Positions 1 to 12,318 of a stretch of 64,000 nt of DNA are shown piece after piece; position 1 is the stretch's first letter, and each line of letters begins with the position of its first letter. The stretch lies in the NCBI GenBank assembly GCA_964016885.1, contig OZ024760.1, positions 4,650,001-4,714,000 of the forward strand, given 5' to 3'. The position numbers and the translations under genes were made by a program. Below the pieces are notes generated by a model that worked only from the letters and a program-made list of their open reading frames with translations, did no database searches and was not told the DNA's origin. Origin of the DNA: Eledone cirrhosa. Taxonomy: Eukaryota.

Positions 1-19
1 AAATCCATATGAAGTAACT

Positions 20-1570
20 TTACTGTAACATGTCTGCCTGGGGGTCATTGAGTCTGTCTGGTTCTCCTCCTCTTAATCCTGGGAGGGTCATGGTGGCAGA
101 GTCCTCAAGTACGCCTTCCAACAGTGCCTTACTTATTCCTGGGAGGGTCGCTGAGGTAGAGTCCTCAAGTACTTCTTTCAACAGGGTCCAGTTAGAAGCA
201 ACCATCTCCAGTTGGTCTGGTTGAATTCCCAAGAGAGACCAGCAGAGCTCATGCATGTCATCCATCTGGGGTTAACTTTGTTAATTTATTTTTTAACAGC
301 CAGTTATAGCACAGTAGTAGTAGTGATGGTGGTGGGTGTGGTGGTGGTAGCAGTGCTGATAGTTGTGATGGTGATGATAGTGGTGCTGTTGCTGATAATG
401 ATAGTGGTGGTGTTGTGAACAGTGATTGTGATGATGATGATAGTTGCAGTAGTGTTAGTGGTGATGGTAACGAGGATAGGGGTGGTGTTGTGATGATGAT
501 GATAGTGGTGGGATATGCTTATAAGTGCTTTTTTTTTTTTTTTATGTCTAATGATATTATCAAGGTTTCCGCCGAGGTTAGCTTTGCCTTTCATCCTTTG
601 GGGTTGATAAAATAAAGCTCCAGTAATGTACTAGGGCTGATATAATCGACTTTCCCCTCCCCCCAAAATTGCTGGCCTTGTGCCTTCTTTTCTTCACCCA
701 CTTATTCTTGAGAAGGTCAAGGGGGCAGAGTCCTCAAACACTCCTTCCAGCAGGTCCTGTCAGAAGCAAGTCAACTTTGCCCTTCATACTCTCGAGGTTG
801 ATGAAAAAACTACCAGTACTGGGGTTGATTCTTCCTCTATATTTCATTCTATAAGCTTCTGTGAAGTGGAGAGATCTTCGCCCACATATTCCTGAGAGGG
901 TCATGGGGCAGAGTCCTCAAACACTCCTTCCAGCAGGTCCTGTCAGAAGCAATCATCTCCAGCTGAATCCCCCAAGTGCGACCAGCCAAGCTCATGGATG
1001 TTATCCATCTTACTTGGGCTTACCCCTGGGTCTCCTACATGCTGTTTCACCTGTAAAATCTGTCCAGCGATTCTTTCCTAAGAATTCTAACCATATGCCT
1101 GTAGTGTTGGAGCTGTGATCTCTTAATTCGGAGAAGTAGCTGCTCTTTCTGGAATCTCTCTGATCTCCAAGCTACAAATCTGTCCAGCGTTCTTTCCTGA
1201 GACATTCGAGCCACATGTCTGTAGTATCGGAGATGTGATCTCTCAATTCGGAGAAGTAGCGGCTCTACCTGGAGTAACTCTCTGATCTCTGAACTACAAA
1301 TCTGTCCAACGATTCTTTCCCCCCCCGAGACATTCTAACCACATTCCCATAGTATCGGAGCTGTAGCAGCTCTACCTGGAGTAACTCTCTGATCTCTGAA
1401 CTACAAATCTGTCCGATTCTTTCCTGAGACATTCTAACCACATTCCCATTATATCGGAGCTGTAATCTCTTAATTCGGAAGTATTAAGTAGCAGCTCTAT
1501 CTGGAGTAACTCTCTGATCTCTGAACTATAAATCTGTCCAGCGTTCTTTCCCCCGAGACATTCTCACCAC
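20..1570 (-). mobile_element. Fragmented, locally tandem-duplicated RTE-like LINE 3' segments, with a SINE fragment at about 565-680
   Basis: Translations such as [30 protein letters not shown] match other copies at 2200-2330, 14800-15200 and 58245-58435; repeated units of about 100-120 bp at 1050-1570. Confidence 0.7.
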
Positions 1571-1924
1571 ATATGTACATGTGTGCCTATAGTAGAAATC
1601 ATTATTGTTTAACAAGTGACGTGTGATGTAATGTATATAATACCACTGTTTGATGAATAATTGTTTCTACTTTTTGGCACAAGGCCAGCAATTACCCAGT
1701 ACATTTCTGGTACTTTATTTTATCGACCCCGTAAGGATTGAATAATGAAGAGATATATAATGTCACTATTTGATTAATGTGTATATATAGAGTATGTAAT
1801 GATGAATAATAAAAGAGTATATATTGTGTACAATGCTCATATTTGAAGAATATTGAAAAGACATCTTGTGTATATAATATACAATGTTTGATGACTCACG
1901 AAGAGAGATGTGTATTATAAATAC

Positions 1925-2171
1925 ACTGTACTCCCGGCATTCACAGAATTTTCCTTAGAACCTAACTAATAATTGTTCGTGGAATCGTAAATATCTTCCA
2001 GTTTTTCTTATGGCTTTTTGCATGGAAATATATAGTTAAATTTTGAATTATTAATTTATATTTTACATTGAGGCATTTTTATGGACCACGTCCAATATTT
2101 GCAGATGCTCTAGGAATGTAACCCCCGCGAATATCAGGGGGGGGGGGGGGGGGGGGGGGGGAACAACTGTA
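1925..2171. mobile_element. Tc1/pogo (Tigger-like) MITE; related inverted copy at about 39108-39426
   Basis: Termini CACTGTA/ACTGTA; internal similarity to the reverse complement of 39108-39426. Confidence 0.55.
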
Positions 2172-2715
2172 TTATCAATAACGAAGAGAGATGATGCATG
2201 TTTTCTTCAAACACTCCCTCCAACAGGTCGTCAGAAGCAACCGTCTCCAACTGATCTGGCTGGATCCCCAAGCATGGATGTTATCCAACCATCTTGCTCA
2301 GGGTCTACTACCTATTGGTTTCTCCCATAAAATGTCCAAGGGACAGTGACTAATCTCTGAGGATGAGGTCGCAAGAGCAGTCAAAGACGAAATCCAGCCC
2401 AAGATGTTGAAAGCCTTAAATAATGAAGATATTCTCTGGCTGTGTGTCAGGTGGCCTGGATCTCTGGAAGGGCACCTAAGCAATGGCAATTGGGAGATAA
2501 TCCTAATTTTCAAAAAGGAGACAAGACATATGTGGTGTATAGAATGCCAGATTTGATTTGTTTCGTTTTCACATCTTCCCAATTTCACTCACAAAGCAGG
2601 TCAATACAAATGACAGTGAATCAAAACGGACTTAATTATGAAGCGCACTTCTGTCATCACTGTTTAACCACAAGTAAACTATTCTTGAAAAGTACAAAAC
2701 AGTGCTATGATTGCA

Positions 2716-3596
2716 TTAACCCATTAGCATTTACATTACTCTATATTTACTATTGTATTTTCAATGCAAACACTTTATCTCATATATCAGGAACTACTAC
2801 CACTGCTAGCTGCAAAAGGCTTCTCCCTCAAAATGAAAGGCAGACTGTATGATGTGTGTATCCGAACAGCAATGTTACATGGTAGTGAGACCTGGGCGCT
2901 GAAGGTGGAAGACTTACGTAGATTAGAGAGAAACGAAGCCTGCATGCTCCGATCGATGTGTAATAGTAATATACGCGAAAGACAAAGCATAAATGAATTG
3001 AGAGAGAGACTGAGCATAAGAGGAATCAAATGCGTTGGTATGGACATGTGGTGCGTATGAAGGATGACAGCTGCAGAGCACTAGAAATCGATGGAAACTG
3101 TGGAGTGGGGAGACCCAAGATGAGGTGATAACCTTACCCAATTACACCTCTCAAAGGCGATGACACACGACCATGACGTCACGCAGTAATACAGAGTACC
3201 TGACCTCCCATGGGTACAAGCTGAAGCATATAGACAATATGCCCCCCACAGCAAGGTGGTCGTGGAGGTGCCATGGCAAAAAAGCACCCAGCCCACACTG
3301 TAAAGTGGACGTGAAGGCACTACGAAAAAGCACCCAGCTTTATCAATCAAGCCAAATCAGTTCCTGTATGAGCAAGGCATGGTCAGCCGACCAGACACTG
3401 CCTACAACAGGACAACCCGGCTAACCCATACTAGCGTGGAAGAACGGACGTAAAACGGTGATGATGATGATTGAATCTACGAGATTATTTTGAGTACAAT
3501 ACCGTAACAGTATGAGCAGCCAGTTATGGCCAGAGTGAACAGCACGAGGTGAGAGAATTCTGGCCGGGTACAGCCGGTTTAAATGCTAAAGGGTTT
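2716..3596. mobile_element. piggyBac-type TTAA MITE interrupted by an RTE LINE fragment (about 2790-3150) and a (GAT)n-tailed retroelement (to about 3470)
   Basis: Ends ttaaCCCATTAGCATTTA ... TAAATGCTAAAGGG; internal ORF LPLLAAKGFSLKMKGRLYDVCIRTAMLHGSETWAL resembles RTE ORF2 C-terminus. Confidence 0.7.
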
Positions 3597-3864
3597 TCCA
3601 TGCTAGCATGGGTTAGACTAGTTATACTTTTGTGAGCAATGCCAGGTCTCGCAACAATGTCTTTCTCATACAGAACTGATTTCGTTTCCACAGCTGGATG
3701 CCCTTCCCAGCGCCAAACTCATTTGCAGTGAGTACAAAAAGAAAAAAATTATGACAACAGAATGCTTGGCTAAATCATCTGAGAATTTCCCTAAATTTAA
3801 GGTTTTATACCATAACAAACAAGGAGTAAAAAATAAGAGAAAAGAAAAATTGACGCAACATTTC

Positions 3865-3870
3865 TTTATT
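3865..3870 (-). terminator. Polyadenylation signal AATAAA of RPL10
   Basis: tttatt on plus strand, 25 nt downstream of the RPL10 stop codon. Confidence 0.75.
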
Positions 3871-3894
3871 TCCAGTCACATTAATTCATGAAAT

Positions 3895-4062
3895 TTATGC
3901 AGTTAAGAGATTTGCCATGCGGGTCTTCCATAAGTGGAGAGGTCCATGGTCTGGTTTGTACTGCACACTAACACCGTCAGTAACTAAGATACCATCTTGT
4001 CTCATTTGACCAAACACCTCACGATTCCATTTGGTGAAACCCCATCTCTTGGAAACGACAAT
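3895..4062 (-). CDS. RPL10: RPL10 terminal coding exon ([11 protein letters not shown]...LLTA*)
   Basis: ccag|ATT..., stop TAA at 3897-3895; AATAAA follows at 3870-3865. Confidence 0.96.
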   Translation of the reverse strand: MVVSKRWGFTKWNREVFGQMRQDGILVTDGVSVQYKPDHGPLHLWKTRMANLLTA

Positions 4063-7000
4063 CTGGAAAAAACATAAAATACTTTCAGTGAGCGAGAATC
4101 GCCATTCAATTAAAAAATAGAAGTCCATAAAATCAATACAAAGCTCTACCAAACCACCACCAGTTAGTCAATAATATACACCAAATTAAAAAAAACAACA
4201 ACCTAATTTGATCTTAGCTACAAATTGAGGAAACTGCCACAACACTGGTTGGATGGAAACATTTCTAAGTTATTAGAGGTATGTAAGGATATGCTATAAC
4301 TCATCATTTTCTATCCACAAATACAACATGAAAACTGGAATTGAGCCCTTGAAAAACTTCAACTCCCTCCACATTCAAATAGTTTGCCAATTTCTTGCCT
4401 AAAATCTGTTTATACTCTCTTAACAAAAGCAATGTTCATGTTCTGATACTTGGTGATACTACTGGACAAAGAGTACAAGCAGTGACCGTATAAAAGATTT
4501 AATGTCGGCACAAGATGACCAACTGGTTAATGAGTAAACAGTTGGCTTCGATGTATGCCAAAGATTCTAGTGACTATTTTATGAGTTGGACAGGTGTTGA
4601 GACAATGCTACAGGCAGATGCCCTTCTTACGAAACATGGTAAGAGTAACTTTACTAAACCGGATACACACACTTCATATGGTGATATTAAAACAAAATTT
4701 ACCATATATACTTGAATATAAACAGATTTTATCTAGAAATAAAAGAAAATGGTAAAATAATTTGTACCTTCTGTCTACCAGGGAACTTGAATTTAGCTCT
4801 CCTCAAAGCCTCAACAATCATTGGCTCGTGCATCTCCTTGGCACGCACAGACATAATGACCTGTCCAATATTAACTCTGGCAACTGTACCCTGAGGTTTT
4901 CCAAACGCACCTCTCATTCCTGTCTGAAGCCTGAAAAAGAGAAAAGAACAATCAATACATAGCTGACAGATAAAACTACAATAGTCAAGAGAAGTCAATA
5001 TATGCAACAAGGTGTTCAATAGAATACCAAACACCCTGCCTTTAATCTGGATTCTACAAACCAAACAGATAATCCTTATAGGAGACTACAAGGGGACACA
5101 GGAGTCTTGCTGCAGAAAACCTCATGTCAATACTATTGCAAAACAGTCGTTCCACTCTTAAAACAAAGTATGGGCTGACACTAGATAGGGCATAGAAAAC
5201 GTGCCATAACCCTTTAGAATTTAAACCGGTCAGAATTCTCTCATCTCTTTCTGTTCAAACCAGCCGTACATCGTACACTGAAGTTAAGGTATTGTTCTCA
5301 AAATAAATAACATCAAAAGTTTGTAGATTCAATATATGTGAGATAAAGCCCTTACCACAGAAATATAATAGTATATATAGAGTAATGTATATGCTAAAGA
5401 CTCTTGCTGCAAGCATGAAAAATACAAAGATAGTTACAATAAATGATTCAGATGAATTAGAATATTCATTATCAATGATTATTTAACCAAAGTATAGTGA
5501 GAATCTGTGACTGTGCAGCCACCATAATTTTTTTATCACAAACTCAAAGAAAATACTCCTACATTAACAGTATGGATGGGTTCAATAGACAAATAATTCA
5601 TAAAAATCAGGATGTGATTGGCCTTACCTATCAGCTCCAGCACACGACAACATCTTATTAATTCTGATGACATGGAAAGGATGCAAACGAATTCGTAGAT
5701 GGAATGCATCTTTGCCACAATGTTTTACTAGGTATTTGTTGGCACAGATACGGCCAGCTTCCAGAGCTTCTGAAGAGATCTGTTCAAACTCATCAGATAC
5801 TAAGTGAATGCAGAGAGGAAACTCATCCACACGAGCCTTCTTACGACCAAGATCAAAGATACGAATCTTGGGATCTATAAGAAAAGAAAAAAAAAAGGAT
5901 TAAAAAAGCAATGTTCCTCAAGGTAACGAAAAACCAATTAGTTCCCCAAATCTTTGTTTTTATAAAACACCAAATCAAGTTTCCATAACTGATGGTCATT
6001 TTAGAATATCAACATCCAATTTAGCTTTCTTCACTTTTGTAGTCTTTTCCTTTACAGCCAGATCTGCCCTTCATTATTTATATAAAATAAAGTACCAGTA
6101 ATACACTGAAGTAATTGCTGGCCTTGTGCCAAAGGTAGAAACAATTATTTATATAAATAGAGCACTGATCTGCTCCCAGGTTACCAAACCAATATTCAAT
6201 ATCTCATTACACTTGCTGACCTAGTTTATTTTATCAGCACCTACTCAATAGGTGAAATCAAACACAAAAGCAGATACAAGATTATTTATATTTAACAAAA
6301 GATTCCTATATAATATCAATGACAATTTTAAATCAAATATAAACAAATTAAACGACACCACCAGTATTTTTACGTTAACAAACTGAATGTAACATTTATG
6401 TTCCATACACTTAGAAAAAATATTACTACTCACCAGGGACACCACGACAGAAACGTGATTTGGGATATGGCTTGTTCTTACAGTAGCGATAACTGAAACA
6501 AATGTTTAAAAAGTTTTAGTCGGCATGGTGGTGGTGGAGATGATAACATTCGTGCGAGAAAAGCAATGTTGACAAAATTCCAGTGAAATGGTAAAAATAA
6601 TGCATCAAGTACTGGCAAAGCAACCTAGGTTTAAACATTTCAAAGACCTTTAAATTCTATAAGTAAATGTCATGTGAATTCTATTATATATAAATACACA
6701 ACCCTTTTGGAGGGATTTCAGTTGGCCCTACATCAAGTAAAATACGATCTCTCACAAATACCGTGCTTATATAATATCCTGATGATATTAAGCAGATGAT
6801 TTAGGCTTATAATAAAGAAAATGAAAATATCTCGATCTTCACTTTGTATGCTCCGCACATATATATATGGTATCAATCAGGTGAATCGGATGAGTTTATT
6901 TTCATTTTCTTGGCAGATCTCTTGTCAATGATACACCTATATTATGTTTGAGACACACTAATTGTAATAATAAGCTTGATAACCTTATATGATTATAATA

Positions 7001-7651
7001 AACGGCTTCCACTATATATATATATAAATTGTTGTGAGCGTGAAGCCAACAGTATTTCATATTTCTCTCTCTCGAGAGAGAGAGTAAACTGATCGATTCC
7101 ATACGTCTGATCACGGACCATGACAACCTGTCAAACCCATGCCAACACAGAAAGCGGACATAAAATGGTGAGGTATCCAGATTAGATAAATTTGACAAAA
7201 CCGAGGCACAGTGAAAGCTGTGATGAGTAAGTACTCTTTCAACAGTATCGCCATATTAACAGGGTTGAAAGCGACACGTGCAACTAATGTGGAATATATC
7301 TAATTAGATCACCGACAAACATTACTTCATACAACTAATTGTGTCTATGTATAATATATAAATATATATATTATACATATTTAAATAAAAAATATGGCTT
7401 TTAAGATTTAAAGGTATTTATGCTAATTATAATGCCATTAATATAGCAATATAGAACTATATATATACAACGTAGATTTAATACATCCACTATATCCTAA
7501 CTTGATCTATTATATATAGACAGATTTTATCACGTATGAAGATATCTTTATATATAAAAAAATTGATTTATCTTTTAATCTTTATAAACATTTCTTTAAA
7601 ATGTAGTAATATATTATTTTTAACTTACCATCTAGCCGGTCTACGACCCAT
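3895..7651 (-). CDS. RPL10: 60S ribosomal protein L10 (uL16/QM), spliced: join(7651-7629, 6492-6434, 5874-5628, 4930-4768, 4062-3895) = 660 nt, 219 aa
   Basis: Manual splicing with GT-AG sites and consistent phases gives [49 protein letters not shown]...[26 protein letters not shown]...[23 protein letters not shown]..., the highly conserved RPL10 sequence. Confidence 0.98.
4430..4561 (-). ncRNA. SNORA16: Intronic box H/ACA snoRNA, SNORA16/snR46-like
   Basis: Minus strand: TTGGCA TACATCGAAG CCAACTG-loop-CAGTTGG TCATCTTG TGCC G, then H box ACATTA (4505-4500), a second hairpin and an ACA box (4441-4439 or 4435-4433). The pocket pairs with LSU rRNA UGA-UC-CUUCGAUGU. Same strand as the host RPL10 intron. 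Family assignment is from memory of the human sequence, not a search. Confidence 0.8.
4768..4930 (-). CDS. RPL10: RPL10 coding exon 4 ([14 protein letters not shown]...FPGRQK)
   Basis: ttcag|...|gtac, 163 nt; within ORF 4729..5064. Confidence 0.97.
5628..5874 (-). CDS. RPL10: RPL10 coding exon 3 ([10 protein letters not shown]...CAGADR)
   Basis: tatag|...|gtaag, 247 nt; overlaps ORF 5624..5830. Confidence 0.97.
6434..6492 (-). CDS. RPL10: RPL10 coding exon 2 ([19 protein letters not shown])
   Basis: ttcag|...|gtgag, 59 nt, phases fit. Confidence 0.97.
7629..7651 (-). CDS. RPL10: RPL10 coding exon 1 (MGRRPAR/C)
   Basis: ttcag|CTGCGAAA ATG GGT CGT AGA CCG GCT AGA TG|gtaag. Confidence 0.95.
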
Positions 7652-7854
7652 TTTCGCAGCTGAAATGAAGGGAAAGGCAACACGATTAGAGAAATAACTG
7701 CTTTAAAATAAACAAAACAAGAGCTTTTGGGGGAAAAAAACGTTTGAAATTGTTAAAACTAATTATCGATGAATATGTTTGGAAATAAATCTCGACCGAT
7801 TAAGTAAGAAAAAAGATAAGATTGGGAAAGATGAAGACGAGAGGTGAATCTTAC

Positions 7855-7889
7855 CTTGTTTAACCTAACTAAGTACTACCGGGAAAAGG
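7855..7889 (-). promoter_or_regulatory. RPL10: RPL10 non-coding first exon starting with a 5'TOP/TCT-like pyrimidine tract (CCTTTTCCC)
   Basis: Minus strand GCCTTTTCCCGGTAG...AACAAG|gtaag donor at 7854, typical of ribosomal protein genes; exact TSS inferred. Confidence 0.7.
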
Positions 7890-8000
7890 CCAGATTTGCG
7901 GAACTGACGTCATACATCACATGATTTATTGCAGTTACAACGGGAACATGTTGATGGCGAGACTTATGTGATCGGCTGCTGTGGGTTTTACTCAGACAGC
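7890..8000. promoter_or_regulatory. Putative bidirectional promoter shared by RPL10 and SNX29
   Basis: Locally CpG-richer stretch between divergent first exons; palindromic CRE TGACGTCA 7905-7912, E/M-box TCACATGA 7917-7924, YY1-like ATGGCG near 7954. Confidence 0.5.
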
Positions 8001-8247
8001 GCTTACAGATATATTTATATATATATATATAAACTTATATTTATACACGAACATATATAGATATATAAACGCATATATAGAAACATATACACACACACAT
8101 ATATATAAATATATACAAACACATACATATATCTATCTAAATATACACACACATATTCTTCTCTCTCTATATATTTATATCTATATACATACACATATAT
8201 GTATACATGTACACATATATGTATCCTTATTTCTCTTGACACCAGAA

Positions 8248-8254
8248 ATGACAG
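8248..8254 (+). CDS. SNX29: SNX29 exon 1 coding part (ATG ACA G)
   Basis: gaaATGACAG|gtaagt: perfect phase-1 donor matching the phase required by the exon at 36711; lies just beyond the divergent promoter. Confidence 0.65.
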
Positions 8255-10948
8255 GTAAGTCATTTTAATTCTGGTATTATGCATCCCCCCTCTCTCTCTA
8301 TGTGTGTGTGTGTGTGTTTGTTATTTATCTCACTCCTTTATTTTGTTCCTTGTCAGAGTTTTGTCAGACTTTTACTGCTTCCTTGACATGTCAAATAATA
8401 ATAATAACAACAACAACGATGACGAAGTGTGTGTGTTTTTTTTACTGGCCATAGAGGCCCAAGGCAGTGCGATGACAAAACAACAACCAAGCAACAACGA
8501 GAATAACAAAGATCTTGACTATTGTATTAGGTTAGGTACCAGCTTTACTCATGTTGGTGGGGGAGAAAGAAAGAGGGATTTAGTTTTTTAAATTTTTTAT
8601 TAGATTGACTGGCTCTCTAATACTTTGGTGGTACTTCGTTTCGTTGAGCCCTCCCGCTCCAGATCGAGGAATAAAATATCCCAAGTCTTCATCTTCTATA
8701 ATTCCATTCGTGTTTAGTATGTGTATTATATTTATAAGGTCCCTAACAATAGTTAATTGATTACATGTATGGCGGCGAATTGGCAGAGTCGTTAAGTCGT
8801 CGGATAGAATGTTTTACGGTATTCGTCCCATCTCATTGCACGCTCAGAGTTCAAATCCTACCGTGATCAATTTTGCCTTTCATCCTTTTGAGGTCGATCA
8901 AAAAGTACCAGTCTAGTGCTGGGGTCGATTCTTCCTCTACAGAAAAAAATCGGCTGTGTTCAGACCTGGACAGGTTGGGCTCCGCCAGGTTTAAAAGTAC
9001 CCTAGACAAGCCGTATGACGGTGCCTCTATGACCCCACAAGCAGTTATGGGATCTTTATCCTATCCTATCCTATGTATGTACTTCTATTTAATTTCATAT
9101 ATTTGTTATATGATTATAAATATTTTTAGGATTTTCAGAACAATATCGATCAATAGTGTATTTGACAGAGCCTTTATTTTATCGAACCCTGGGTAGATGA
9201 ATAGATGCTCGATACTCAGAAGAGGATCACTTCTACCTTGGTATGAGTCTAATTACCCTTACTGGGTACCAATTTATCATACTTTATATATATATCGTAT
9301 GTTTTATATGAATATAAATCGATCACCATACTATTTGACCGATACTTTTATTTTATCGATCCCTGGGAAAAGCAAAATTGAGCTCAAAATGTAAACGGCC
9401 TGTAAATGAATAAAGCAGGACAATTTAAATTTTCTTTCATCTCCTCCAACAATGGTGGGAATGATAGAAACAATAGGTGTTCTTGTTGGGGTTCGAATAT
9501 TTAGTTAACTTCGCTATTCATTCACCCACACCGTGCCAGCAGTGAGTGAAGTATCGATGTTGCTTGGATCCGTTAGAATCGATTGTATCGCTCATTTCCC
9601 CATACATCGATTGCTAAATATCACTCAAAAGAGAATTAGTGGATAATAATAGTATGAACATAATTCCATACACGTTTCGAGGGAAAGAACTATATTGGAT
9701 TATATCGACCCAGTATTTCACTGGTATGACAAACCAACAAAGGATTCTATACATGGTTACTCGATTTGTTAGAAATAGCAGCAAAATATCCCGTAAATCA
9801 TCATACTCGTCTAGAAAAAAGAGGAGAGAGGGAAGGACACGTTGGATAATGTAGTCTTAGACTGCAATCCGTCTAAATAAAAGACAAAACGGATGGCCAT
9901 GGCAGGAACGTCATTGGTTATGTCTTTCCCGTCTGATGCTGAACTGGAATCGAAAAGCAAAGTCGACCTCGGTGGGATTCGTAATCAGAACATAAATGGG
10001 ACAAAAACAAATACCGTTAGGTATTAAAGTTCTGTGTTCCACCTAAATTAATAATGATAATAATCATTTCTTTATTGACCACAAAGGGTTTACACCAAGA
10101 AAAACCTTATGACAGTACAGGACGAAAACATAGTGTGTGTATGTGTTGGTGTTGGTGTGTGAGTTTTGCATGTAAATAAATTTTAACAATATTTTAAAAA
10201 AAAGGATTACAATAAAATTAAAACAAAGAAGGTTCCTCAATAGGGAGGAGATGATAATAATAATAATAATTGTTTCAACTTTTGGCACAAGGCCAGCAAT
10301 TACCCAGTGCATTACTGGTACTTTATTTCATCGACCCCGTAAGGATGAAAGGCAAAGTTAATCTCGGCGGGGTAACAATAATGGTTTCTTTTTAACTACA
10401 AGGATTTACATAAAGACCCAGGACGATATAGTATGGGTTTACATGAAAAATGTGTAAAAAAAAAAAAGGAAAATAAAGAAAACAAAGGAAGTGGCGATCA
10501 TATGCTTTTATTAAGATTCCGACCGTGACAGTCACATGAAGATGATGGTGATGACGGTGATGATAATGGTAATGATGATGGTGATAATGGTGATGATAAC
10601 GGTGATGATGATGGTGATAATAGTGATGATAATGGTGATGATGATGATGATGGTGATAATAGTGATGATAATGGTGATGATGATGGTGATGTTGACGATG
10701 GTGATGATAATGATTTTCTTTGACTCTGCACCGTATTTCCGTGTGTGTGTGTGTGTGTGTGTGGAATTGAATAGATAGGTGCTGTGCTCCTTAAAGTTTT
10801 ACTGGTATTCCATCTGATCGGAAATTAGTTGGATTCGATCAAATTCACAAGACAGTAAAAGTACCAAAGTCTAGTTGGGTCGATTGAAAACAGTTTGATA
10901 CCATTCTCATGCAATGGCTTCTTCACATTCTTGGGATGATTTAAAAAA

Positions 10949-10993
<45 letters not shown>

Positions 10994-12277
10994 TATATAT
11001 ATATATATACAAACAAAGAGGGTGTGGTAAGATACCAGGTGGGCCATAACGCACCAGAGTACTCGATACTTGAGGTAGTAGAGTGGTTAATATGAAAAGA
11101 TTCAGGACCCCGACGGCTGAGCTCCGGCCGTTTCGACAGCTAGATCTAATCGGATCTAGCTGTCGAAACGACCGGAGCTCAGCCGTCGGGACCCTGAATC
11201 TTTTCGTGTGTGTATATATATATATTGTACAGTTAATAATTTTTTCTAACATTGGCACAAAACCACTAATTTGGAACGAGGGGGGGGGGGGGTTAACTCG
11301 ACCCCAGTACTTTACTGGTATTTTATGTTAACTTTACTGGTATTTTATGTTATCGACCCCGGAAGGATTATAGACAAAGTTGCCCTTGGTGGGGAGGGGT
11401 TCGAACTCAGAACAGACACTACTAAGTATTAAGACTCTGCCAATTATCCGCACTAATAATGGTGATAGTAGTAGTTGTGGTAGTGGTGGTGGTACTATTA
11501 GTAGTGGTGGTGGTGGTGGTCGTAGTGAAAGTAGTAGTAGTAGTAGTGGTGGTGGTCGTAGTGAAAGTAGTAGTAGTGGTGGTGGTGGTGGTGGTCGTAG
11601 TGAAAGTAGTAGTAGTGGTGGTGGTCGTAGTGAAAGTAGTAGTAGTAGTGGTGGTGGTCGTAGTGAAAGTAGTAGTAGTGGTGGTGGTGGTGGTGGTCGT
11701 AGTGAAAGTAGTAGTAGTGGTGGTGGTGGTGGTCGTAGTGAAAGTAGTAGTAGTGGTGGTGGTGGTGGTCGTAGTGAAAGTAGTAGTAGTGGTGGTGGTG
11801 GTGGTCGTAGTGAAAGTAGTAGTAGTAGTAGTGGTGGTGGTCGTAGTGAAAGTAGTAGTAGTAGTAGTGGTGGTGGTTTCTACGTTTGGCACAAGACTAG
11901 CAATTTGAAGGAATGTGAAAGTCATTTATATCGACCCTGGTACTTTATTTTATTGACCCCCCCCCCCCGACCCACCGGAAGGATGAAAGGCAAAGTCAAC
12001 CTCGACGGGGTTTCAACTCAGGATAGAAAGGGCAGTAAAAATAATAATAATTGTTTCTACTTTTGGCACAAGGCCAGCAATTACTCAGTACATTACTGGT
12101 ACTTTATTTTATCGACCCCGTAAGGATGAAAGGCAAAGTTATCATGATGATTTCTTAAATAAACACAAGGTTTATAGTGGAAGTGTGTGTCTGTATACAT
12201 ATGTGTATGCGTATATATGTATGTGCACGTGTATACATGCATGTATATGTGTGTTTACATATATATATAGAAATGTG

Positions 12278-12318
<41 letters not shown>

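Noticed and set aside
2137-2161. 25-nt poly-G run as a regulatory G-quadruplex
   Set aside because: Homopolymer expansion inside a MITE end; length may be sequencing-dependent and there is no evidence of function
4200-4310. Possible C/D snoRNA in the RPL10 last intron (ATGATGA on minus strand at 4307-4301)
   Set aside because: No CTGA D box at a suitable distance and no recognisable guide
6560-6940. Other snoRNA candidates in RPL10 introns (ACA-ended hairpin near 6565; CTGA with terminal stem at about 6870-6935), including an expected SNORA70
   Set aside because: Spacing to ACA too short or box C non-consensus; no U70-like guide found by eye. An Infernal scan is needed to exclude them
11380-12123. 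247-aa Gly/Ser-rich ORF
   Set aside because: Made of SINE ends plus a trinucleotide minisatellite; open in several frames because of low complexity
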